From: Balanoglossus misakiensis
Taxonomy: Eukaryota > Animalia > Hemichordata
DNA length: 64,000 bases
Assembly: GCA_040954595.2 (NCBI GenBank)
Contig: CM082586.2
Span: 4,347,125 to 4,411,124, forward strand
Reading direction: 5' to 3'
In this document: positions 32,455 through 45,600 of the stretch, piece after piece
Position numbering within the stretch: position 1 is the stretch's first letter
Layout of the letters: each line of letters opens with the position of its first letter
Translations under genes and position numbers: made by a program
The notes under the pieces: model-generated
Told to the model about the DNA's origin: nothing
The model's database searches: none
Seen by the model: the letters and a program-made list of their open reading frames with translations, nothing else

Positions 32455-35311
32455 TCAGTACTTTTGTTGTGAGAGTTCCTTGGATCTCAAAGTGGCGGCT
32501 TCGACTGCATCGATAAGGCACTTCCTGAATCCATCTTCTTCCAGTTTATGTATTGCACAGATTGTTGAACCACCAGGGGAGCATACGTCATCCTTCAAGT
32601 CCATTGGATGTCTGCCAGTTTCCAAGATCATCTTGGCGGCTCCCTGATGGAATACATAAAAAAAATTTCAATTTCTGGCCCGTCGCAAATCTCTCCCTCT
32701 CTCACATATAAAAGTCAACCACTTTACAAACACTTTAAAATTTTAACTGAAAATCTCCATACACTTACAAGTAATGCCTGCGCCGCAAGTTTGATAGACA
32801 GTTGCCTTGGCAACCCCATCTTCACACCGCCATCAGCCAGGGCATCAATTGCACAGTATGCCTGCCAGCAAAAAAATTGAGAACGAAAACATTACCTTCT
32901 CATTCTAAAAACACAAAATATCATTTCAAATTGTTCACTGTTGACGTACAATGGTTTCATACACTAGTTTAATTCATCATGTATATCATACATCCTTTAA
33001 CCCTTTCCAGATTATAATCTATATGAACAAACGCACACAGATGAGCGATTTCAAACGTACATAAGCAGGCCCACTACCACTGAGTCCCGTCACCGCATCA
33101 ATGAAGGACTCATCGCCCTCTTCACAGTAACCGATACTGGAGAAGAACTTCCTGACCAATTCGGCGTCGTGCGGTTTGGTCGTGGCTCCCCTGGCAAATA
33201 TGGTGGCGCCCTCCCCGACCAGGCACGGTGTGTTGGACATCACCCGTATGACCCTCGAGTTGGGTGGCAGTTTCTGGAGGGGGGAAATTGAGATCACAAA
33301 TGCTGTCAAGTAGCCCTACTACTAGTATCAATCTGTGTGTTGACAGCAAAGAGATCGCAAATTCATCCCGCCAAGAAAAATCATCGGTGACTTACTTTCT
33401 CCATGTATTCAATGGTGATACCAGCAGCTAGGGATATGACCAAGTGATCTTGGCTGATCACGGGAGCTATCTCTCTGAGGACTGTTGGCATGGTGTTTGG
33501 TTTGACGGAAAGAAATACAACATTGCTGGGCTTGACGGCTTCTGTGTTCACGTATGTCGTCTTCACACCCAATGCCTGCCAAAAAAAATAGAAGTATGTT
33601 CAGTGAAACCTGTCTAAACCGAAGCCTGTCTAATCTGGAAACCTGTCTATACCAAATTCCTTAATCCCTTGAGCCAACAACCCATGTGAGAGTGGACGAT
33701 CATTCTAAATGTACATATTGGAACTCAAGCCATAAATTTCGACTGGTGGGAAACAAACCATACTGCATTTATTTTATGTCAGTTTCGTGCAATAAAACAT
33801 GAAAACAGTAAACATGATGAAATGGGTGATTTGCATAGCTGCCATATGTAGTTTCCCAATAGAAAAATGATTTGTTGACCTCATGCGCATATATAAATGA
33901 TGGTCATGTATACACATGGAGCCATCCATGTATATGCTGATGAAGCAGTTTTATGGAACTTACCATATGGTCAGAAAGCAATGCTCATAATGCGCATTAA
34001 TTAAAATGGGGATAGTTTTTTGAGTCAAGATATGGACAAGTGTTCTCAAAACTGATCTGATGATATTTAAATAGGAAACATAAGCAAAACCCTGTATTAT
34101 ACTGTCAATCTTGCATACTTCATACTTTTTGAGAGATAATCTGTGATCAAATTGGAACAGTAGTGAGAATTACAAAAACATCTGTTATAGCTAAATAGGG
34201 ACAAGCTATTATTGGGGGTACAGGTATAATGCAATGCACTATGATGTGTTCTGAGGACATTATTTCAATAGGCCATTTAATTGATACCACTAATAATTCA
34301 TATAAAAGAAACACTCAGAGTATGACAGACATTTCATTATGTTGTCATTGGCAACATAGTCTAGTCATACTTTATAGGTTTATTCCTATGGAATGGAATT
34401 GATTATTACCATATACAAGGGGAAGTAGGCGATGCTAATGAATGATGGTTTTGGTACATCCCTTTACACTTCTCAGCATTTGTATACGTGGCATGGCAGG
34501 CTGACTGACCCGTTATGCAAAGAAGAAACTCAGGTAATGAATAGGACTGCACTGCAGTGACCGCGAAATAAACATCAATGCTCACTCGCTGCTGTCGATC
34601 TCTTGTCACCCCGTTGGCAAACCTTGACACTTGCGGGGTTTTTTTTTACATGCAATATAAAACTTCGCACTTACCCCCATTTGCGTGAGACAGTCAGGGT
34701 CAGGGGAGCTAGAAATTATACGATCGGCAGATACCAGTCCTGTCGCAGAAACACATCAATTTTAGTAAATAAACCCATATGGAATTTACACACAGGACGA
34801 TCAGGTATAAAGCATAGCACGGTCACTCCACACAGAGTGACCTAAGGACAAACAGGAAGGCAACCCGACAGCGGGCGATGGTCTCGTTTCTTATTAGACA
34901 TCAGGTGGCCGAGTTGATAACCTGTATATGTTTTGGGTTAACCTCATGGGATAGGATACGAGCCCTCGCCTGCTGCGACTCCGGGCCGAGGCCACAGGGC
35001 GGCGCGCCGACCAGAGTCGTAGTACATGTACTAGTCAAGTGGCGATCGACGCCCGTTTTATACATCTCTGGGTCATAGTAAGGTAAGTTTGCAGACATAC
35101 AATCAAACAAATCGAAATAAAGGTTGGTAAACTCCACAAACCGGCATTTATACGCTCAACACAGCGCTTTTCCCTTAGACACACACGGGCGTGTTTTGGA
35201 TGATGTAATCACAACATTCATTCACAACAACGTGGTGGACTTACCCGCCCGAACGAATCCCCTGGCCATCGCTTGGCCTATCTTCCCCGCTCCGATTATG
35301 GCCACGCTCAT
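32455..35311 (-). CDS. PYCR1: Pyrroline-5-carboxylate reductase
   Basis: Exons 35311-35245, 34739-34675, 33575-33396, 33273-33061, 32861-32769 and 32643-32455. Motifs: IIGAGKIG Rossmann motif, [49 protein letters not shown] and [13 protein letters not shown]. Paralogue identity (PYCR1/2 vs PYCR3) is not resolved. Confidence 0.93.
33601..33655 (+). mobile_element. Tc1/mariner(pogo)-like terminal repeat fragment in a PYCR intron
   Basis: cagtgaaacctgtctaaaccg followed by internal repeats of cctgtcta resembles CAGT-starting TIRs with subterminal repeats. No partner end found. Confidence 0.35.
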
Positions 35312-36784
35312 GTTCGCTGCTTCTGAAAAATGCTGACCAGTGATCCTATGCACCTGAAACAGTAACCTTCCCACCTTCATGGAGACGGCGTTGACTGAAT
35401 ATATTTGGCGGAAAGCAAGCAACGAGACGCCGGTTTTTTTTTTCTCTCTGACAAGTGAGTCAAACAGGAAGTAGATTCTGATTGGTCAATGGGAAAGATT
35501 GATATGTACATCATGTACATATCCATACATTAACCATTCACTCCCTATGCACGTGGGGATTCCCTCAGTACAGTATGTGTACCGCTATATGCAAATACTA
35601 CGCGATCTAACCAACTCAATTTGTGATTTACGCGATTGGAACGAAGATTTTATAATTCTCCAAGCCTACATCGACATATTTTCACGGATAACAGTTTTTT
35701 CCCCTTCCAATTTCACATGGTTTCGAGAAAATATAAGGCGTGTGTTGCCATGCCTCAGTAGTCATGGTTCTACAGCGTCAGGTCATAGCATGAAGTGATA
35801 ACTGTGGCGCTGGCATGGACGTACCGTGGCACTTGAATATTACACCTGTACCACGTCGCTGTTTGAACCATTCTGAGCATTCACAAATATTGACAATGCC
35901 AGTCATAGTCCACGAGCATGATGAGTAAAGTCGACGATCACCTATGACCTCGATCGAGTGGGCGTGCCCAATCATGATTGTTTGTATTGGCGACTGCTAT
36001 TGGTTGCCTGGTTAACTTTCACTCAATGGATGATGCAATCGCACAGTAGTATGTTGTACAGACTAGCTGGCCTGGCTACCATGTACCAATGTACAGTGCA
36101 ATCTCCAAGCTTCGAGGGAGGCCTGGGGTTTCTTTGCTTGAAATGAACCCAGCTTGACTAGGCGAGTTTAACAGTATGCTTGTATTTAATTAATTTTCTG
36201 GGAAAAATTCAATCTGTTACAGAAATATAACTTTTACATCAATACTCAAAACTTCAATCTGTGGCTGCAGAATTCAAGTAAATTGACAAAAGACATTTCA
36301 ACTCAAACCAAATAACTTTCTCTTTTTGTTGATAATTATTAGTGTAACTTTTTCTCCATTATAATAAATCTGTATGAAAAAATAATTAATCACTCATTTC
36401 TGTCAATCAAACTTACAAAAACATTAGGAAAAACATTCAATGCATATTCACAGGTTCTAAACATGAACCACAAACATTGAAATGATTGGTGATGCAGCAT
36501 ACATTCAGCCAAGACAAATAAATAAATTATACATAAGAAAAACCACCACTAAATTGGAAACTGAATTTTTTGACGTGAACACCCCCAACTGGCACCTGCT
36601 TGCATTTTGATCAAAAGGACACCATGTTGAAGGTAGTTCACTTTTCTTGTCATTTGGCTGTAATTAGAACGGTCATAACACAGCAGGATTCTGAATGAGC
36701 AGAAACACCACATCAAAGCACAGTAAAACAGTCGCAAAATATCGCAAGTAACTCTGAAAAACACTGAAAAAGGTCACTAAGGAA

Positions 36785-37009
36785 TTAACCCTTTGAACGC
36801 CAGATTTTTCTCTGTCAAAAATGTGGTGCAACATTTTTATCGTTTTCAAAAACTTTTCCCCATTTCCCCCCTTAATTCTAGACCAAGTGGATATAATTTT
36901 CTATCATCTACAGATCTCGATCAAAAATTTTAAGGGAAAATATGGTAAGAGTTATGAGGTGAATTTTGTGAAAATGACGACAAGTTGACTACAGCGTTAA
37001 AAGGGTCAA
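36785..37009. mobile_element. piggyBac-like MITE (TTAA-CCC...GGG-TCAA) in the ATPIF1 3' UTR
   Basis: Left end ttaaccctttgaacgc (36785-36800) and right end gcgttaaaagggtcaa (36994-37009) are imperfect inverted repeats with CCC/GGG termini and TTAA-like target duplications. Confidence 0.7.
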
Positions 37010-37014
37010 TGGAC

Positions 37015-38457
37015 TTATTTTTCATACAGCTCGTGTCCTGTGATATCTTTCACTCTTTGCTGATGGCGATCGATGGCAGTTTTGTGACGTTTTATGGCAT
37101 GTTCGTGATACTGGATTTCCTGGTCGTGGTGTTGCTTCAAACTCTTCAGCTGTTCTTCTTGCTGAAAGTAAAAAAAAATGTTAGCGAGTTCAACTCCCTT
37201 CACCCCCCCCCCCCTCCTTTCCTGCCAACTTTTACCACGGGTTTTGGTACCAGTACTTACCACTCTTCTGAAGTATTGTTCTTCCCTAGCTGCCTCCATC
37301 TGTCCAAAGGCACCACCGGCTTCTCTGATGGAACCACCTCCACCACCACCCTACATTCAGATTGATTCAAAATTATAGTCACTGCATTATCGACAAAGCA
37401 TGATCTGGATTTGCAATTTACATATGGGCTACATATACCTATCACATGTACAAAATGTACAGGAATTTCAGTCATTCTTTTCACTTTTGACATAGAGGGC
37501 GCTAATTCACACATGGGAATATTTCAGATGGGAAACTTTGAACCAGGCAAAACAGGGGCCTAAGCTATGTGGCCAGATGACTTCAAGAGCATAAAACCTC
37601 TTATTCTTACCTTTCCAGCTCCGCTCCCAAATTCACCCATTCCTGTTCCATACATACAAACTTGGCTGCAAGACAAAACGAGGAAATTTGTTCTGAGACA
37701 CCAAGAAAACAAGGCATTGTATAGCTATGTGACAAGAACCGGTATGTATGGTTGGCTTTATCAGCCCCACACTATGTGATAATCAATCTGATCAGTACGT
37801 GTACTGTTATCTACGGTACGTCGTACCAACTAACCTTTAGCATGCATAGCAGTTAGCACCCACAATATTTTAATGGATACTATGATATTCGCTAGTTTTT
37901 TAAGCCCGCAAGTTCGGTAGTTTCAATTGTTTAGTACATGTGACATCGCTATAACGTTCTGAAATTACATTCGATGGAAATTAACTCGATTTTTGCATCA
38001 CTTCGGTGCCATGCGAGTGAGTGGTTTGAAGTTTATCGTTGTCAATATCACGTGACTTATCACAAGCCGGGTCGGGTCGCCTGCCTGAAAATACTGTGCA
38101 GCACAGTACAATTATATAATCAATCGAGTATTCATTCCCCGTTGACCCCCTTTACTGTATTACAGCTGATTACACTTCAGTAAATTGGGCAGCATCAACT
38201 AAACTGCACAAATGTAAAAAAAAACCTCCAGTTATCGAACCTGCATCTGCGCTGTATCCCTAACCTGTTGACCGGCGCTCGAAATTTCAACTTCTCACCT
38301 TCAAATAAAAGTCCCCCAAAATTCGAAAGTTACAAGAAGACGAAAGTGAACCTATCTTTTGTACTGAATACAAAGTCTACAGAAGAGCTTACCTGCATGG
38401 CCCTATATTTTTCGACCAAAGTCGGAGCCCAACAACTCGAGTCAACGCACGCGCCAT
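37015..38457 (-). CDS. ATP5IF1: Mitochondrial ATPase inhibitor IF1
   Basis: Exons 38457-38393 (basic presequence MARALTRVVGLRLWSKNIGPC), 37665-37611, 37350-37261 and 37161-37015. They give [66 protein letters not shown], the classic IF1 signature. Confidence 0.93.
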
Positions 38458-38499
38458 ATTGAACCGGCAGAAACGGACAGGGGCACCACGGGAAATCTG

Positions 38500-38592
38500 A
38501 CAAGGGAACGCGCGTGCGTCGCGTCATCGCGCGTGCCACCCACCTGGCGCGCGCGCGGCCAGGGTACATATCGCGTAACGGCGCGCTCGCCA
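38500..38592. promoter_or_regulatory. CpG/GCGC-rich proximal promoter of ATPIF1 (divergent from the Ly6 gene)
   Basis: Dense CGCG/GCGC runs ~45-135 bp upstream of the ATG, reminiscent of NRF1-type motifs in nuclear-encoded mitochondrial genes. Confidence 0.45.
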
Positions 38593-39248
38593 ATTACTTT
38601 TATCATCATGATGTTTCCTGAGTCAAATCTGATGTCATTTACTGTTTTGAGTCCATCATTTTTACAGATGTATTGATTTTAACCACAAATCGATTTAAAT
38701 TTATTTAATTTGTATTGGTTTTCACCTTGCGGAGAGGAATCGATTCGAAATTAAAAGTGAAAAGTGTTAGTGAGGACTCGCAGACGAACAGCTGGCGGGG
38801 TCGGTGTCAATGAGAGCACATCGCGATTTTTATAAGAGGATCAATCTCGTTTAGAATGACGCCCCCACGCAAAATTGCTTCTCCGATATCAATAGAGTGC
38901 CTTTACGTCGATTCAATAAAACCCAGCATTAATACGGTCAGGGAGGGATACGCAGCGCAGATATCGTTGGACGTTGACACGACTCGCGCGCACACAGCGT
39001 CATCCCTCAACCCGTGACCGTCTTGTGGACCCACTGACCGATTGCCGAAGAGGGCGAGTCTAATGTTCAACTCGACAGACGCCAAGTGCTTGCGATGATA
39101 CTGGTACGCTGAGGACACTACGCTTTCGCTATCCAGGTCAATCCCCGCTTTAAAAACAACAACTGCTTTAGCCATCTCTGCGCTGTACGCCTTATATAGG
39201 CCTACACGGTTTTATACAGCGTCAACGCCACAAACCGGGTCGTCAGCA

Positions 39249-40641
39249 ATGAAACCACTTCTACGCTTGCCGGGTATATCTTATCTGACACTGATTGTCC
39301 TCATGGGTAAGTTTCACTTGTATTCAATGTCACCGCGACACTACATCAACACGATCCAATGTGCAATATCGCAGCCGCGTTACTTCCTCTCCGTCTCTTT
39401 GTGATATTCGCGTATGGGATTTCCGACCTTCCATGTTGAAAGCGACAGTCTGTGTTACTGTAGGCTAGCTAAACAATAGAAACACTCGTAGTCCGTGGCC
39501 TTCATACAGCGCGGTTGCCATGGTTACACTTGCACTGTTCTGTGTTCCAGCATGCGGGTGTGAAGCGGTTGAGTATACCATTCATATTAACGTGCTTTTG
39601 ACAGAGTATTGTTCGGGTAACGTTTATGTTTCGTCGGTAGCGAATAAGGCGATGAACTGGCTGAGGTCACGGTATCTATACAGTAAATATTATATGGCTT
39701 GCGGGATAACGTCTCTATCTCAGTGGGAATGCAGAGAAGTATTTCAATGATTTGGATTGGGCCTACATCCCCAAATGATCCCGGAGATTGTTGAGAGGTG
39801 AAGAGTTGAACTGAGCGACCAGAAAATATGACTATTCATATAAATATGTTGTTAAATCCGAATTGACTTTCTAGGTGCCACTTTGGTTGAATCGGCTGTT
39901 CAGTGTTATCGCTGTAAAGAAATTTACCCAGACTCTGGTATACGGTTGGCTAATGATAATAAGGATTGCCAAGAAGAATATACCTGTCCACCATCAGCCG
40001 ATGCTTGTTTTGTGAATTCCTCATATGAAGGTAAGAAACGACCCAATTTCTTTCTGAATTTTAAGAGAGAATAGGGGCCTACTAGTTTAAGCAAAATATG
40101 AGAAAGGGTTTACGACTTCGATCATCTTCGCTTCCCAAGGTCTCTTGTCGAGCTGAACGACCCGTGCGAGCGGGCGGTATTTGTGGCGTGTACCTTAAAG
40201 GGCAACGATGGTCTTATGCGCATGTGCCAAACCAGAGACGGAAGTTGACAAAACACTTTAGTTTCGCTTGAACACAAATGTCCACGGACAGCTGAATGTT
40301 TTCAGTTTCTTTTTTCAGTGTTGAACAGTTTTCACCGCGCTTGCATTGCCACTAGCCTTAGTGCAAACTTATGTTGTTCTTTTCTGTCTCTTTCTTCAGT
40401 GGCTACCGGCAAGTTGATCATTGAGAAAGGCTGTCGCAAGAAGTATGACTGCGAACTAACAGAGAAGCTTGTTCAGATCCAATACAACTGTGACCAACAG
40501 TACACCAAGCGACGATGTTACGAATGTTGTCTTGACGACCTATGCAATAAAAGTGGCGCCACGCAAATACAAACGTCGAGTATCACCATAGCAACAATGA
40601 TAATCACCATTTTGTATTTGCTAAATTCATCTTCCGAATGA
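39249..40641 (+). CDS. GPI-anchored Ly6/uPAR (three-finger) protein with 12 cysteines
   Basis: Exons 39249-39306, 39875-40030 and 40400-40641, with phase-1 introns in the typical Ly6 3-exon layout. Signal peptide MKPLLRLPGISYLTLIVLMGATLVESA, domain start VQCYRC, end CCLDDLCN, then a small-residue omega region and hydrophobic tail. TATA-like ttatatagg at ~39192. Confidence 0.88.
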
Positions 40642-42649
40642 TGATAACATATAGTAGCGATTTAAGCCATAGTGAATATCTGAACATAATATAATATGCA
40701 TTTTAGATATTGACATTACGTTTTTCAAGTTCTCCTGATTTTTAGAATTATGCAAGATGTCATTCTAGTCTGTGATATACATGCCTGTAAATGAGTTATG
40801 AAACAAACGTTTAGGAAATAACTGATTCGGATAATGAACTTCATTTTGTGAATTGTAAACGTACGTTGTTGGTGGTCACTTTTGTTTCCCATATGCAAAA
40901 TGTATACATATCAGCAAAGCAAAGTTAACGATACACCCCTGGTCGCGTGGGTGTTGGTAAAGCCTAGCCCATGCAAGGAGAAATGATGTTTGGGGTGAAT
41001 TCATGTACGTTTATAGGATCCCGTGTGGTCAAGTTTAAAGGTTCTTCATCTACAACTTTTGGCTTTTTCAATGTTTTACTATTCTGTGTCAACAATGGTT
41101 GCATCACACACAAGCGTGCTGCTAATTTAATGTAATTTCATGACAGTGTACGTTGACATTTACCTAGAGATTACCCTATGTAATAAAACAAAAAGTAATG
41201 ACTTTTGACCCATTTCACCATGGAAACGAACACACTGTAATTATCACTACGTGTTTTAAACCCCTGTACGGTCATTACGAGCGTAATTGTGTTGAACAAG
41301 AGATAATATGATGATTCTTTGAGTTGTATATCCTGGACAGCATCTGATGTTATTGGTAGGAAATTACTTTCTTTAAAAGACAAAAAGCATATAGTTTATT
41401 ATTTATCAAATACAACATCACAATGAACACTTTACCAATTTTATTGCGAAATCGCACTGATTACAAAAAAATTGAATTACGCCGGCATATATTTTTTGAA
41501 CGTAATAGGACATGGCTTCATTTACAGGTCAAATATGCCCTTCGTCGACACCGGGGAAATCTCACCCAAATAGCCAACATAACAAATATTTCGACAGTTC
41601 TTTACATAAACTGAGATTACATAAACTCAAATGCAATTATACCTAAATAAAATTTTATTTAATTTTCGTACGCGTGTTAGTTATAAACTAAATATGATCG
41701 GGTAATTGGCAAGTTATTCACCAAACTGTTAAAATTGTAATATCGTATAACATCATTATTACCGATTGGCAAATATATCTTATAAACTGGAAAAAAATGT
41801 GAAAAATACAGTACTATATATCTACTAAAACAAAGCAACTCTGAAAAGTTGAGAATCTTGTTTCTAAAACTCGACAGTCCGAGAAAAAAATGCAATTGAT
41901 TTTTCAATCATAAATTTGTTTCTGGGAACATGATTTCGAATTTAAATTTTAATCGACTATAAGGGGACATAGATGAAAGTAAAAGTGGTTGAGTTGGATC
42001 CAATATGCTAAAAAAAACCTCTGGAAACGCAAAGGTATTTTATCTACAATCGGCGATGGGTGTGCCGGACGATTATCTAATAAAATGCTAGTTTCTTACA
42101 AACACCCTAATATAACTGCTATTTCGCTGAAACTACTCCAACGAATAATGTTTTCCGGCTGAAATGCCATCCAAAATATACTATGCAAATTCCAAACACA
42201 AATCTCTCGAACTGAACGTCGCGCCAATTTTTCAGCGAAAAGGAAGTATAAAAAAGAAGAAGAAAAAATTAGTGTCCGACTGAGAGAATTCCCGTCTATA
42301 ATCGCAACTAGATCTACTGCTGACCCCGTACTAGTTGTCCTTAAATTTACATTGGCAATAAAACGGAAGAGGACAAAAGGTTTATCAATAATATCTTTAA
42401 ACAGATTAAAAGTGTTTTTCTCCCTCTATGGAATCCTCTTATCAAAGCAACAGAAATTAAACGTCCATGGCTAGACTTTCTTTCAGGAAGAGTTCAAGAG
42501 TGCCAAACCCTGGGTAAGACAGGCGCCCTATGAACTTCGGACATTATTAATATAAAAACACTGTGAAACTTGTGAATATAGAACTGGTAACAATAGCAAC
42601 GGCTTCGCGAATCTCATCGAGGGAAACAAACTGGATATTATGCGTAATT

Positions 42650-45600
42650 TTAGGCTGTAGTTTCTTTGTGTGTTTGTGAGTCGTGCTCTTCATCTTCCGG
42701 TTCGTCGGAATAGTGAACCTCATCTTCTGGCGGTTGCTCTTTATCGATATCATGGGTGGGGCTGTAAAATATACATAAATATCTCAATAAGTATTACAAC
42801 TTGAAGCCCTTCGGGTATGTAGCTTGTCTATACATTTTTAAATCTGCGCATGCCCAACCTGGCTGCGCGGAGAAGATGCGTACTTGGCATTTCATCGTTT
42901 GGCAGCCATGTTTCACCTTTGACATAATTACTTACATCTGCTCGGGGCGTCCCTTCTTTTCTTCCTTCTGCTTGCGACGCCAAAGAATGAAAATGACGAT
43001 ACAAATTATAATGATAGCAATAACAGCTAAGGCTACTCCGAGTCCAATAGCGCCAGCAGTAGACAGGCCAACTGTAATGAAGCAGAGAAAATATAGCCTG
43101 AGTGAGATACAGTCCAAGCAAGAAGGCAAAAAGTAACTCCATATTTCTCAAATTTGAACACAACATCGGTATGGAGATGGATACAATCTCATTTCTGACC
43201 ATCGACGATTTTTAATTAAGCAATTTTTCGTCAAGCAACACACGGCTTTGGAGAACTATAAGAGTGGCTGCACTTACGGTAGCACTCATTCCTGCTTCCT
43301 GTCCAGACACCATTCTGACACGTCCTGTGGTTGGGTCCATACAGCAGATATGGCGGGTCACAAATGGCATACACGGTGCTAGCGTAATCCCACTTGTATC
43401 CTCCGTGGTACAGCGTGTTCAACGGATCGCATCCAAAATCTGTCGGTGAAATAAATCTCCACCTTGTCATTGTGTTGATATAATTTCAGTGTATGTGAGT
43501 ATTGATATCAGAATTTGACGGTCATATAATGACCACAAAAATACCCACGAAGCGATCGAAGAATTCAAATTATGTGTCAAACACCAAAAACCGAAAATGG
43601 TTCAATAGGCAATGATAGAGTTTTGTAGAGGTTCTTAGTAAGTCTGACTATTCTTATCAACGGAAGTTCGAGGATGTAAGGTCATGCAGGGGTCATGAAA
43701 ATGCCCTATTTGTAGTTTGTCAGTCACTTACCTATGCAGTCGTTGTGCTCTTCAATGCCAGTCCAACGTCCGATCAGTCTGTCGTCCTCCAGTTTCTCCT
43801 CACACCGCCGGACGTAGTTACTGACCAACGTGTAGCCGGGATCGCATTCAAAGTGAACTTTCGAGTGGATCATGTTGTGAGAGATGTACGGCCACAGAAA
43901 TTCCTTGGTTCCGTTGATCGGCGTGCGGAGGTATTCGCACACGGTTTCTGCGGAATAGACCGCGAGAGGTTGCGTGAGAAAATGCAATCGACAGTGTCAT
44001 GGCAACAGAAAAGTCACTTGGGTGATTTTACGATCCTTTGTTAGTTCAACCACATTTTTATGTTCTCTGGAGCTATCATATGGAGCCCATCTAGCCAATC
44101 AAAGATTTTCAGTAGGTTGCCACCTGAATAAAATGGCATAGGTAAATGTATTCCTGCCTACCTTTCTCGGTGTCATTAGCATAGTTCCAATACATGTCAT
44201 AAGCTGCTTTAGATGCTGTACCGTAGGCCAGACTTCCAGTGACGAGTACGTCAAACTCACAACTCTGCACGCCTTTGATTGAAACAGAAAGATATCACAA
44301 CAGCTCCGTTAGTCAAAACGTATAACTACGATCGTGTGTTCACAGGTTGGAGGATTAATCTTATGTATGGCGAGTCAAGTGACAACGTTAAGTATCAGGG
44401 GGCCAAGCACATCTACCACAATCGTTGAAATCATTATGTGACGGAAGACGTTTGTCTTCGTGGAGTACATTCGTGTGAGAAGCGTACTATGTACAAACTC
44501 AAGTCAGAGTACAATCTACTTTCATTTATTTTGAGACTACAAAGACGTCATTTCTGGAATGGAGGTCAGCTCTTGACATTGGGTGGGAAAGTAGACTCGA
44601 AAAAAACTGGCAATAGGTGGCTACATGTTCGAGGACCCAGTCCTGGTTTTTATAACCACACCACTCTGTGTCAATTTGCTGCTTATCTACTAGCTTGAAG
44701 AAGGCGAACATTTCGACCCACCTCTGCAGACGATGTCCAGTTGTTGACCGACTTCCGGTGGATGGTTAGACACTGGTGGCGGTTCAAATAGAGGCACGAA
44801 ATCGGGATCTTGGTAATCCTCGTGAGATCTGCCCGATGGGTAGTGGAACATGGAAGCCTCGATCTCCCCTATAACCAATAATGCAGATGTTCATGTTATT
44901 GAACAGATAATAATGATTTCGATTCAGCCAACATATGCCCGGCTATTTGTCGTGATATTAGGCCAACTAGGTGGAATTTCGACAATAGGAAGCGTGGGGC
45001 TTGGTAATGCAAAGATCATCATCATCAGCACCACCACCACCACCACCATCACCACCACCATCACCACCACCACCACAACCATGCTGGACTTCGAACCACT
45101 GGCCTTTTAAAGATTGCGAATGCGAGAGCCAATAAACCCAGTCTTACATGTCTGTCCGAAGCTTTCGTATAGTACGTCGTCCGGACTGTTTGGATCCATC
45201 ACCGTTCCATCTCTGGACACCAAGTCATCGCTTGGGTCGTCATTCCAGTTGCCAAGGAGACCGACAATGTCTGGATATTTGAGACCCTGAGAAAGGAGGA
45301 AATAGGTATAAATGACATTGGATTTTGTTAAAATTCAACAACTCGAATGTTAATCTTCACTTGCTCTCAAGATGCGCTTGGTAGCTCACACAGTATCAAG
45401 TACATGTATCACTCATGTTGCCGTAAAGGGGTCGTGATTTACGACGATGTGAAGACAAGAGACACTTACGCTCATAATTGTTTGCATAGACACAATGCAA
45501 GACATGAATGTGCCATCGTGTGCCATACACTTGATGCCCAAGCCGGAGGTGTAGGTACGGATGTACACCGTGGAAATGTTGGGACTTATCGGATTCAAAG

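Noticed and set aside
33814-33940. Possible C/D snoRNA (ATGATGA...CTGA) in a PYCR intron
   Set aside because: No convincing terminal stem and no recognisable rRNA/snRNA antisense element.
38241-38264. 24-nt frame-preserving microexon in ATPIF1 intron 1
   Set aside because: The acceptor lacks a pyrimidine tract and the donor (GTTCGA) is weak; exon 1 splices in phase to 37665 without it.
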